A DNA stretch of 64,000 bases, from assembly GCA_964019335.1 (NCBI GenBank), contig OZ025694.1:1-64000 (forward strand), read 5' to 3'. A program made the position numbers and the translations under genes. Source of the stretch: Diplonema japonicum (lineage: Eukaryota; Protista; Euglenozoa: Diplonemea). Below, one piece after another: positions 1-10,676 of the stretch. The notes beneath the pieces are model-generated. The model ran no database searches and was not told the origin of the DNA. It saw only the letters and a program-made list of their open reading frames with translations. Each line of letters starts with the position of its first letter. Positions within the stretch are counted from its first letter, which is position 1.

Positions 1-419
1 AACACTTTCGTGTACCACTGTTTCGATTTAACCTCTCTTCGGAATTTGGCAAGCCCCACATCACAGGCCCCCCATGTGCCTATTATAGAGATCAGCAAGA
101 TATGGGCATTCATATGCAGTGATGGGTGAATCCAGTCCAGTCTGGTGTACCCATTTTACCAGACTGACCGGATCGGCCGGACTGACCGGACTGACTGGAC
201 TCAAAAATTTTCTGCAATTTTTGACACACCTGCAAACACTTTTTTTTCAAATATTTTTGGACAATGATTTTTTTTTTTTTTTTTTTTTTTTTCTTTTTCT
301 TCTTCTTCATACCACAGACATGCACAGCTCCATCAAGCCATTTGCACCTATCTACTCTGGTGCACTGCAGCTGCAGGTATGTACAAATGTCCAGAAATGT
401 TGTATTTGGATGTAATACA

Positions 420-2281
420 ACCTGGCTGTGGTGATCGATGCAGAACACAGAAGAAGCTACAACCCAGCTGTGGTGAGAGATATATGAGTTAAAGGACCTG
501 CACAAGACTACTTGATTACAGGGGGTACACCACAGCTGAGTTGTAGCTTCTTCTGTGTTCTGTGTCATGTCCTTAATGTGTGTGGTGTTCAGCTCAACCC
601 CAGCCGGGCGTCCTGGGTAACCAAGATTCTGCTTGTGCAGGATTGGGTCGTTCCATTCCCTTCCGCCAAACTGAAAGTTGGAACTTGGCAGAATGGCAGA
701 ACCAGAACTTGGCAGAACAGGGAATTCCTTACTTTTTTTTTTGTTTTAACAATATTATTGTTGAGACTAAAAACTAGTTGATGGCAGCATAATGAGCTAT
801 TTTATTAGGTAAAATTCCGCTCGTGTGCACAAACAAATGGAGTGTCAAACTAGTTTTCCCCCCCCCCCTTTTTTTTCCTCTTTGCATCATCAAGGTTGAA
901 AGTGGTGACTATATCACCACAACACTGACAGCACAATATTCCGTGTCATGTCCTTAATGTGTGCAGTGTGCAGCTCAACACCAGCCATGGCCCTGGTAAC
1001 TAAGATTCTGGGCCTGTGTAGTTTGCTGCCAGTTCATCACCCTGAGCATCTGCAATACGTTCCTCCACTCAGGCACAACCGGTGATGACCAACATGGAGG
1101 TCAACAGCGAACAACACATCTGATGTACTTCTTATATTTCCATATTTCTGTGATCCCCACCACCAAATAACATGAAAGAGGTAAAGGAGACCAGTGACAG
1201 GGGGTGCACCTTGGCCGCTTCTGCATTCTGTGTCATGTCCTTAATGCATGCGGTGTGCAGCTCAACCCCAGCTGGTGCCCTAAGTAGTTTACTCACCCTG
1301 AGCATCTGCAATTTGTTCTTCCACTCAGGGTGCTACAGGTGATGACCAGCCAAGTGGATGGAGGAAATGCCTGTTCGTCGTGTTGGCGGTGCCTGCACAA
1401 GAACTGTTAACTTGATACAGGGGGGCACTGCAGCTGAGTTGTAGCTTCTTCTGTGTTCTGTGTTGTGTTCTTAATGTGTGCAGTGTGCAGCTTAACCCCA
1501 GCCGGAGCAACCCGGGGTAACCAAGATTCTGCACTCATGCAGTTTGCTGCCAATTCATCACCCTGAGCATCTGCATTATGTTCTCCACTTGGGTGCTACT
1601 GGTGATGACCAACATGGAGGTCAACAGTGAACAACACATCTGATGTACTTCTTATATTTCCATGTTATCCCCACCACCTGAATGATATATATATGAGTTA
1701 AAAGAGGCCGGTGTTGGTGGTGCCCTGCACAAGAACTGTCTGCTTGATTACAGGGGTGCACTGCAACTGAGTTGTAGCTTCTTCTGCATTCTGTGTCATG
1801 TCTTTAATGTGTGTGGTGTAGTTTGCTGCCTGTTTGTCACCCTAAGCATCTGCATTATGTTCTTCCACTTGGGAGCTACTGGTGATGACTGATGAGGAGG
1901 TCAACAGTGAACAACACATCTGATGTTTTTTCATGCTATCCCCACCACCTTTGGAATAATATACAAGAGTTAAAGGAGGCCGGTGTTGGCAGTGCCCTGC
2001 ACAAGAACTGTCTACTTGATTACAGGGGGTGCACTGCAGCTGGGTTGTAGCTTCTTCTGCGTTCTGAATTGTGTCCTTAATCACTGTGGCTGAGTTGTAG
2101 CTTCTTCTGTGCTCTGTGTTGTGTCCTTAATGTGTGTAGGGTTCAGCTCAACCCTAGCTGGGGCACCCTGGGTAACCAAGATTCTGCACTTGTGTGGTTT
2201 GCTTGGTGATGACTGATGAGGAGGTCAACAGCAAACAACACATCTGATGTTTTTCTTATATTTTCATGTTATCCCCACCAC
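420..2281 (-). repeat. Cluster of several truncated, CpG-decayed copies of interspersed repeat family A
   Basis: Reverse complement aligns with the 13537-13856 and 15637-15917 copies (e.g. 1821-1923 vs 13571-13673, ungapped, 92/103 identical). Confidence 0.85.
774..853 (+). mobile_element. Possible non-autonomous Helitron 3' end (hairpin then CTAG|T); related copies at ~11625-11700, ~52365-52400 and 56074-56144
   Basis: Shared motif ctagttgatggc...taatgag..tttttattaggtaaaa..cgctcgtgcgcacaa..ctag-t, with a (decayed) GC hairpin shortly before the terminal CTAG. Confidence 0.4.
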
Positions 2282-2395
2282 CTGAAAAAGAAGATAAAGG
2301 CTTTTTTTTTTTTTTTTTACCAACTCGGTTGAGGGTTTTATACCTAAGGTACTGAGGAGGGTGAATGAGGGGCTGAAGGCCACACCACAGCAGAA

Positions 2396-2468
2396 AGGTT
2401 TGATCAAGAGATAGATTGAGACTCTTCAGGTGTCCTGCCACATACTGCAGGTACCCTTAAATGTCTCT
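2396..2468 (+). repeat. Short interspersed repeat; second copy at ~38151-38225
   Basis: aaggtt(t/c)gatcaagagatagattgagactcttcagg(t/c)gtcctgccaca(t/c)ac(t/c)gcaggtacccttaaatgtctct is present at both sites. Confidence 0.8.
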
Positions 2469-2470
2469 TT

Positions 2471-2512
<42 letters not shown>

Positions 2513-4081
2513 CTTTGTTTCTTGTTGTTTTTGTTGTTGTTGTTGTCTCTCAGTACCTGTGTAACATCTTTTCTTGTAGACATCTGTTTATATGTTTGAA
2601 CTCTGCAGCAAAAAAAGGGGGGGGATGTGGTGTTGTGGTTGTATCTTGTATGGTCTGGTTCAGTCCAGTCCAGTCTGGTCTGGTCTGGTCCAGTCTGGTC
2701 AGTCCAGTCAGTCTGGCATAATTGGGTTGAAATTCATGCTGGATCCAGTCCGGTCCGGTCCAGTCCAGTCTAGTCCTAATTAGGATTCACCCATCACTGT
2801 CATATGTGACCTTTCATCTGAGGGATTATCAAAACGTGTTCTTGAAACTGTTGCTTTGTCTACAGGTAAAGTAGATAAAAGGCACACGTCTTGTCTGCAA
2901 CCAAGCAAGGTAGACCAGACCAGACTTGTTCTGATATGTCATGCTACCTGCTTCCATGGCACTCATGTCAGGTGGATCCCTCCAGTTTTTTCAGGCCATT
3001 CCACAGCAGTGTATTCCCACTTCTCTCATTTCATGGAAGAGCTGAACACTGCTATACCAATTGTAATGTAATAAGTGGTAACCTTTGTCCTCATATGCAG
3101 AGAGGAGCTTTCTTATAACAGCCTTCAGTGTTTCCCCTGCAGGTGTCAACCTCTGCCCTTCATACACCATTATGTTGAGGCAGTACCGTGTGATAGAGGC
3201 TTCCTCTTCTTCAATATCTTCCTCTCCTCTTGTTCTTCATTACCCCTCATCAAAGTAGTCTCATCATCACTAAACAGGTCCAAAAAGCCTAAATGAGGCT
3301 GGGGGCTGCCCTTGATATGTTCATTGTGTGCTGGCATGTTGATTTTAATAGGACTACAAATGGCCAAAAAAACACCCGTTTTTGGGTGGCACCCAGTGTC
3401 TCGGTACCCCCTTTAGGGTTGAAGTTATGAGGTTTCAGATGGATACAAATAGTGCATTTAATGCAGATTTTAAATATCTTTCCATTCCATCTTTTTTCCA
3501 TGAAAACCAGTCCAAGACTTTGGTTTGAATGGACCCAAGAACACTACACCTATTATCTACTCAAATATGAGTAGTTGGCTGCATAAGGGTTAAATAAACC
3601 TCTTTTTTTTAGGCTGGCCAGACTATTCTTTCTTCTTTCTTTTTCCCTCCTCCCAGCCAGGGGGGTGTGTGGGGGTGGGTGGGGGAAAGGGAAAACAGAA
3701 ATCAAAGAGTCAAAAAAAAGAAGAACACAAGCAAATCATAGCTTGCTAGTTTTTAACGGGAGCTTTCTCACCTTTTGGGGAGGGGGGGTGAGTACTCATA
3801 CCACATAATTGTGGGTCCTTCATCTACAAGTATTTGCCAAAAAATAGAAGTGGGTTTTTTACCTCTTCTCCTTTCCTTTTTTTTTTCTTTCCCCTTTTCC
3901 TCATAAAACACTGATAAACGCAAATGATAGAGGGAGGTAGGTGGGAGGGAGATGTGTTTCATTTTTCACACTTGTGAGGGGTTCCAATTAAAGGAGTGAG
4001 CAACACCTGGTCTGCCTTGGCAGTGCCTAAGTGTTGATGTTGGGTGGTACTCAAGCTTGGATCTGCAGTGTAGGGTTATTC

Positions 4082-4235
4082 CATGCTTTGGGATCGGCTT
4101 GGAGGGCTTGTTCCCTACCCCCGTGTCACTCTTGCATGTTTCTTTTCCCTTTCGTCTACTTCTCCTCCCTCTTTCCCCCCTTGTCAATTCACTTTTTCAC
4201 CACTGGCTTCCTTCTGTAACTCTTTTCATCATTTA
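4082..4235 (+). repeat. Pyrimidine-rich repeat (probable retroelement tail); inverted copy at ~5785-5920 and partial copy at ~6049-6095
   Basis: catgctttgggatcggcttggaggg...caattcactttt...ggcttc(c/t)ttctgt is shared with the inverted copy; the third copy shares only the 3' part. Confidence 0.7.
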
Positions 4236-4299
4236 AAACCTACCCTCTCACCCTTGTGTATCTTTGTTTTTTGTTTACCATAGCTCACATTAGTTTCAG

Positions 4300-5335
4300 C
4301 CAAAGCTTACTTACAGGAGGTGCCACGTGAAGGCTGTGAGTTGGGTTTTAACCTCCCCATATGGTCGACTTCAGGACTGACCTCCCTGGCAGGGTCACGT
4401 GATCGTCGCAGATGTGGACAGGTGGAAGGCAGCCAAGGCTGCTCTTGCAGCCCTCCCCCTGGGCATCCATGCCTACACGGAAGGCTTGGTTGTACAGGAG
4501 GAGCTGTGTGCTGGATAGACAATTTCTTCGTTCTAGCACAGAGCCGTGAGGACGCTCTCAGAAGCTTCAGTTCTTTTTTGCAGAGGTGCAAGAAGGTCCT
4601 GCACTTCGACGGGGCTGGTGCAGGTGTGCCAAACCAGGAGTTCGAGGCTTTTGGGGCTTGCTTTTGATCTTGTGTCCACACGGTACAGGATGGCTCAAAG
4701 TGGGTAGAGAAGGTGCTGCAGGCGGAGGAAACAACGAAGGTCGTCAGCAACAGCAGGTGTACCCTGAGGGAGTTGATGGAGTAGTGAACAACAAAGACAT
4801 ATAGTCATAAAGAATTATTTTTTTTGTGAAGTGGATACAAAACGACTCAAGGAAGGCGTTTCGAAGCGCCAAAGGTTGTAGAACTGTACAAGCTCAAGCA
4901 GACCCAGCTCAAAGAGTATGGTGATCAGATGCTGAAGTGGCTGGCTGCGCTGCGGTGGGTGGAGGAGGGAACGTCCGTGTCGGCGATCGAGCTGGCGATT
5001 GACTTCAAATGCTACACAAAGAAGACGTTGGGGTCAACGTCAACACGACGATTGACGTCGACAAGAAGGCGGTGAGGATCAAGCAGATCCTGGATACGCT
5101 GCAAGTGACATGGATGAGGGAGAAGAGGAGGCGCGCTTTTCCGGTGCAGCCATGCAAGAAGGTGAGATCACTGCGATCCATTGGCCACAACCACGTCGTT
5201 GGCTTTGATAGAAGGGCCCTGTTGAAAGGACTGAGAGAAGATTACCGGAAGGAAAGGATTGGAAGATATAAACGACAGCTAGGCACTACGGTGGGTAGTA
5301 GGGAACGACCCCAAAAGGGGAGCATCATAAGGTAG
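4300..5335 (+). pseudogene. Fragments of retroelement-like ORFs (possible RT WIDN motif near 4513; second coding-like fragment 4830-5335)
   Basis: GC-rich coding-like islands with frameshifts. CWIDNFFVLAQSREDALRSF..FLQRC resembles an RT catalytic segment. The second island reads WLAALRWVEEGTSVSAIELAIDF. Confidence 0.3.
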
Positions 5336-5920
5336 GCATGCCACCGCGGCGGACTGTTGCTAACCACTTCGTTCCTATCATAGTGAATTTTTTTTTTTAA
5401 CCAGGGCAATGACAGTGTGGCACAGGTGTACAGGAATTCTAGGTGAAGCGGAGAAGGGTAGCAGGAAATGTACTCAAGGTGGCTCCCAACGATCGGCTGG
5501 AAGTCCTGCAAACCCGCAAAGGTCTTGCCAGGGTGCGAAAAACTAGAAACCATCGTTTTGAGAGGAGGTAATGACAGTTTTAATAGCTTAATGACTCGGA
5601 TACCAATGGGGGAAGTATACAGAAAGAAAATAGCTATTTATTAAGCATTATTTCACACGTGGTGTCAGGGGTTTTTTTCCCTTGAAACCCTGGGTCGAGC
5701 GGATAATAGCTATTTTTTGCCAACAAATTATGAGTCATTATTTAACTCGAGTTCCTGAATTTTTTGCACTCGGGCCCGCAGGGCAAATGAGAAGAGTAAC
5801 AGAAAGAAGCCAAAGAGAGCAGCAGTACAAAAGTGAATTGACAAAGGGGAAAAGAGGGAAGAACATGCAAGCATAGACACAGGGGTAGGGAACAACCCTC
5901 CAAGCCGATCCCAAAGCATG

Positions 5921-6049
5921 CGAGCTCCTCCTTGTCGATCGCACCGCCCCCATCGGCGTCAAACAGCCTGAACGATTCCGTAATCTGCGATGTGGGAAGC
6001 GGTATTTCTTTTTCTTTTTTCTTTTTCTCGTCCACCAATAAAGTGCAGA
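5921..6049 (-). pseudogene. 5' fragment of a centrin/calmodulin-like processed pseudogene preceded by spliced-leader-like sequence
   Basis: Minus strand: tctgcactttattg (6049-6036), a 30-nt A-rich spacer, then ATA-PLPTSQITESFRLFDADGGGAIDKEEL (canonical EF-hand loop), truncated by a repeat at 5920. Confidence 0.6.
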
Positions 6050-6147
6050 TTCACTTTTTACTGCTGCACCCTTTTAGCTTCCTTCTGTTCTTCTCTGTTG
6101 TTTCTTTCACCAGATTTATGTACCTCCTTCACACCAAACAGAAGAAG

Positions 6148-6582
6148 ATGGACATGTCGCTTCTCTCCCCGTCCTTCTTATCCTTCTTGAACGACATCGA
6201 CTGCAATGAAGAGGCTGAGGTGGGCGAACGTGCGCCTCTTGAGAATGCTTACAAGTCGCAGGATGCACCAGTGCTGCCAAAGTGTTGTGTGGTTGACGCG
6301 GCTAGGCCCTGTGGGCATAACCACTGGACAAAACTGACGAAGAAGAGGGGTAAAGTAGTCTTACGATGTAATATCTGTCGGTGTGTGTGGAAGATACGTC
6401 CGGAGGCACATAGTAAATGCCCTGCGTTCTATGCTGGCTGGTGCGACGCTGGCAGCAACTGCCCCCACCCCCACATATATTCCAGAAGAGAGCACTCTGT
6501 TGGCCGTATCCCACAGTGGTACGACTACCACACAACACCAGGCCTCATAGTCCCCAACATGGCTTCTATACATCCCCAATAG
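6148..6582 (+). CDS. Small zinc-finger protein with a C-terminal CCCH (C3H1) motif
   Basis: ATG at 6148 follows a polypyrimidine tract and CAG. It contains C.HNHW...LRCNICRCVW plus CPAFYAGWCDAGSNCPHPH (C-x7-C-x5-C-x3-H). Confidence 0.75.
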   Translation: MDMSLLSPSFLSFLNDIDCNEEAEVGERAPLENAYKSQDAPVLPKCCVVDAARPCGHNHWTKLTKKRGKVVLRCNICRCVWKIRPEAHSKCPAFYAGWCDAGSNCPHPHIYSRREHSVGRIPQWYDYHTTPGLIVPNMASIHPQ

Positions 6583-6762
6583 TCCTGTCATCTCCCAGCT
6601 TTGGCTGGAGCAGACGTGTGAAGCGGCTCCCAGGAGACAGCGAAGGGGGGAAGCGAAAAAAATAAGAAAAAAAAAAAAAAAAAAAGAAAAAAACAGAAAG
6701 TAGTGAACAAAAGCCAAAAAGAAAAAGAAAAAAAAAATAAAAAGAAAAAGAAAAGGAATGTG

Positions 6763-6793
<31 letters not shown>

Positions 6794-7162
6794 AACACGA
6801 TTGGCACAAAACGTGGCAACCCACAACAATAATTAGCACTCTTTTTTTTTCCCCCTTCCATTTTTTAAATTGAGTGCATAAAGATACCTCTTTTTTCCAC
6901 CTGCACGGATCGACTAGACACGTGGCAAGTCAAACCTTCTTTCATTTTTCGTTTTCTCTTTACTTGGGAGCTGCTGCCTGAAAGGTCTTTGACAAGGATT
7001 TAGCCCATTCTGGCAAGTAAAGAAACCTTGGCAAAGAATCATCCCTCTTCTCTGGCACAGGACTTCTCTTTTCTACATCCTTTTCCTCCCCCCCCCCCCC
7101 CCCCCTCCCTGCTTATATTGTTGTTCGTATTTCTTTTTTTGTATTAATCACCTGCAGGATCA

Positions 7163-10133
7163 ATGCAAGTTCATAACGACGATATTGAGAATGCTGAGAA
7201 CGCGTCATCATGGAATGTGAGCGAGACCAGCTCTGAGTATGGCCGTGCTGTGCCGAAGTGGATGAGCATAAGGGTGGTACTGGGGTTGCTGTGTGTTGTG
7301 ACTGCAATCGGGCTCTTCGGGACTTCAATCTTCTCTGTGACAACGTGCAAGGACGCGCTGGACACAACGAACAATGCAGGCGATGCTGCCTTCGATGCAT
7401 GCATGGCAAACGCAGAGAAGACTTCAGATAGTCTTGTCCTTGAGGAATTGCACCTTTTCAGCTTTTATATCCTTAGCAACCTCGACTCACTTCTGTCATT
7501 ATACTCACTTGAGTCGATCCGTGCAGCATTGGCGATATCATTTGCATCTACCAGTAGCGCCCCCGACTGGGCTTGGGTGAAGCAGCAGCAAGACGACCTT
7601 GTGATCCCTCTCCTCCTGTTAGGGAGCTCAGGTCTCAACGATGTTGGGCTCTTCGTTGACAACAAGTACGTGTTCAGCGCCTCCCTCTGGAGCGGCAGGC
7701 TAACCTTTGCTACGAACGACGGGTCGGGCACCCCAGGCAACAACGCCACACATTCCACCGAATACGCAGTGGATGAAAGCTTTGCCCTTATCCCCGGCAC
7801 AGAGATTATTCGACCCTTCTCCCCTGGGAAGGACAATGAACTGATGACAGACTTCAACCACAACGTCACAAAGCAATTCGAGCGTACCTGGGGTCCCCTC
7901 CGGATATTCCACGATCGCATCAATCTCGTTCTGCGATACCACTTTGTGTACGCCCCTACTGGTGCACCCATGTCACTGTTTATGGGCTTCTCTCCAGAGT
8001 CGATCACAGTGTTCCTTAGTGGCCTCTTCTTAAACACTTCAAACAGCAGAGTGTACGTGGTTGTTGGCGACAGCCCCATGGCGAACAAGTATGAAGCGAT
8101 CGGAGAGACCGCCCTCGCAGCTTCACAGAACGACACGGGTCTGCTGGTGGGGGTCTCGCATGGGGCCTTCTTCTCGAACGACAACCAGCTGCGGAGAGAC
8201 GTCGATGCTGATGACGCGAAAATGGCGCTCATCGCAGAGCGAGTGCACGAGCTGGGCGGTTATGCGGCGATTGCAGACACTGAAGAGCAGTCAATTAAGA
8301 CAACAGTGAACGGGTCACTTCACCACCTCATTGTTAAAGTGTATGAGCCGACAAGAACAGTCGGAGTCCTGTGGTACGTTGTGGGCGGGATCCCGACACG
8401 GGAGCTCTTGGAGGAGTCGCTTGCGGCGTCGGCGGACGTGTTCGCGTCGCGGACGAAGGCGAAGAGCGACTCGAGCGACAAGGTGGACCGGAACCTGGCG
8501 ACGATTCTGATTCTGTCGGGGTGCATCGCACTGGCGCTGACGATGTCGAGCACGGCTGTGTCGCTGCTGATCACGAACCCTGTGCGGGTGCTGCAGCGGG
8601 AGATGAAGCGGGTGTCGGAGATGGATTTGAAGGGGAGCAAGGACCAGAAGATGAGCCTCTTGTACGAGGTGAGCGAGATCCAGAAGTCGTTCTTCAAGAT
8701 GGTGTCGAACTTGGAGGAGTTTCGGGCGTACGTGCCGAGCGCGCTGCTGAACAGCGGGTCTGTGCTGTGCGTGCTCCCTCCGGAGGGGGAGGTGGCGCTT
8801 GTCTTCACGGACATCGTGGGGTCGACGTCGCTTTGGAGCAAGGCGCCGGTGCAGATGGACGCGGCTCTGGAGACGCACAACCGGGTGATGCGGGAGTGGT
8901 GCCAGAAGGAGGAGGGGTACGAGGTGAAGACCATCGGGGACGCCTTCATGATCGCCTTCTCGTCGGCTGTGTCGGCGGTGCGGTTCTGCTGCGGGGTGCA
9001 AGAGGACCTGCTGGTGGAGGAGTGGCCGGAGGAGCTGGAGCTCCCTATGAAGCACGGGACGAAGAACCCGTCACAGGTGCTGTGGGGCGGGATCCGGGTG
9101 CGGATGGGGTGTCACTTCGGAACGGCGATCCTGGAGGAGAACCCGCTGACGGGGAGGTCGGACTACAGGGGGACGACAGTGAACACGGCGTCGCGGGTGG
9201 AAGGGAAGGCGCTGGCGGGGACGATCTGCGTGACGGACGAGCTGCTCGCGGAGGTGCGGTACATGGTGAGCACGCAGCAGGTGACGTCGGCGGACCACCG
9301 GATGCACGACCTGAAGGGGCTCGGGAGCATGCACCTGAACCTGTTGGTGCCTCCGGCTTTGGTGGAGCGGCTGGACGAGTCGACGGCGCAGAAGTACGAG
9401 ATGACGATGTCGTCGCCGGAGCCGAACCCGCTGTCGAGCGCAGGGTCGAGCAGGAGCAGCATCGACGGGGCGGGGCGGGTGAAGGGAACGGTGGGAGCAG
9501 GGGGTCGACGGAGGAAGGGTCCGAAGAAGACGCAGCTGTCGCTGGTGCGGGAGGTGGGGACGGTGGCGGTGTGCAAGCTCCTCCCCGTGAAGGATGACAA
9601 GGTGTTCGACTGCTGCAACCTGATGATCCGCGCGGTGTGCGAGGTGGCGTCGCAGACGGACGGGAACGTGGGAGGGGTCTGCGGGGAGATGATCACGGTG
9701 GCGTGGAACACGGTGAAGCCGAACAAGCTGCACACGACGGCCGCGATGCGCTTCACGTCGGAGCTGCAGCGACGGGCGGGGGCCGTGCTGCGGGTGGGGC
9801 TTGGGACCGGGCAGCTCTTGCACGGGAATGTCGGGACCAAGAGCAACCGGTACCACAACATCTTCAGCGTCGCCCTCCAAGCAGCAGAGGCAGCCGCCTC
9901 CCACACCTCCACCTTCAACACCTTCGCCGTCCTCGCTGACTGCACAGACGACGGCTGCGCCGCCTCCAACCCGAGCATCGCCTCCTTCGTCCGCATCGTC
10001 GACAGCTGGCTCGACGTCTCCAGCAAGAAGGTCATGCGCTTCTACGAGCTCAACACCACAAAGCTCCTCACTGATCTGGAGGATGCTTGGGCTGTTGCTG
10101 ATGAGAGGTGTGTGTAAGAAAGAAAAAAAAAAG

Positions 10134-10170
<37 letters not shown>

Positions 10171-10514
10171 CAACGAGTACCCCCTTTTTCTTTTCTTTTC
10201 CTTTGCAGTGTCGAAGATCAAAGCTACAAGAAGGCCTACTACAGCGCACTCCAAGGGGACGAGGAAGCCCTCGACTCGCTCCAGACCTTCGCAGGGGAGC
10301 CAGGGTTCAGTACGGATGTTGTCACGGTATGGTGAAAGGAAAAAAAGAAAAGAAAACTACACACACAAACAAACAACCACTTACACAACCACCACAGGCT
10401 GTCCACAAACTCTTGAAGAATGATAACGGTCTCCGAAACGGGAGCTACAGGACAAGGGTTACGATCGGAGGGCTGCCGCTTGGTGCCATGGGACAAGTGG
10501 AGGAAGACGAGTGA
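7163..10514 (+). CDS. Receptor-type adenylate cyclase, copy 1 (TM - extracellular sensor - TM - HAMP-like - class III AC - degenerate cyclase); exons 7163-10107, 10209-10326, 10398-10514
   Basis: Motifs VFTDIVGST, EVKTIGDAFM, RVRMGCHFG and DYRGTTVNTASRVE; two hydrophobic TM segments. GT-AG introns 10108-10208 and 10327-10397 restore one frame to the TGA at 10514. Confidence 0.9.
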
Positions 10515-10642
10515 TGGTGGAGAGGAAGGGCGACGTGGTGTACACCGAGAGGGCAACAAAAGGGGAAAGAGAGAAAAGAGAAATAGACAATGACCTCATA
10601 AAGCCAAAGTATTTCCTCAAGGAAGGCGTACATCCCTGTTCA

Positions 10643-10676
<34 letters not shown>

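Larger units (their letters stand above)
117..2799. mobile_element. Non-autonomous TIR DNA transposon (hAT/P-like ends) with a 7-bp TSD, containing nested repeats
   Basis: 17-bp TIRs cagtgatgggtgaatcc (117-133) and ggattcacccatcactg (2783-2799). TCATATG flanks both sides (110-116, 2800-2806). Mirrored subterminal ccgga/ctgga/ccaga arrays at ~130-200 and ~2650-2775. Confidence 0.85.
1..3593 (-). mobile_element. Decayed piggyBac transposon, split by the 117-2799 insertion; continues beyond the window start
   Basis: Minus strand from 3188 translates RYCLNIMVYEG...LLSAYEDKGYHLLHYNWYSSVQLFHEMREVGIHCCGMA*KNW (piggyBac GYHLxxDNxYxS...GTxRxNR block). Joining 2807 to 116 continues into CPYLADLYNRHMGG.CD...KSKQWYTKV (YNxxMGGVD...KWYxK). 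A TTAA|CCCTTATGCAGCC terminus lies at 3593-3577. Confidence 0.8.

Noticed and set aside
1889-1915. CTGATGA suggesting a hammerhead ribozyme core
   Set aside because: It derives from ccgacga by CpG decay; no GAAA or stems in the less-decayed copies.
1821-1923. Strand-biased (processive, RIP-like) mutation
   Set aside because: This copy is 8:1 biased, but the neighbouring copy at ~1542-1643 is 6:4, so symmetric deamination is the simpler reading.
8315-10249. Long antisense and alternate-frame ORFs over the cyclases (also 19059-20993)
   Set aside because: Shadows of high-GC3 coding sequence; no recognisable motifs or expression signals.
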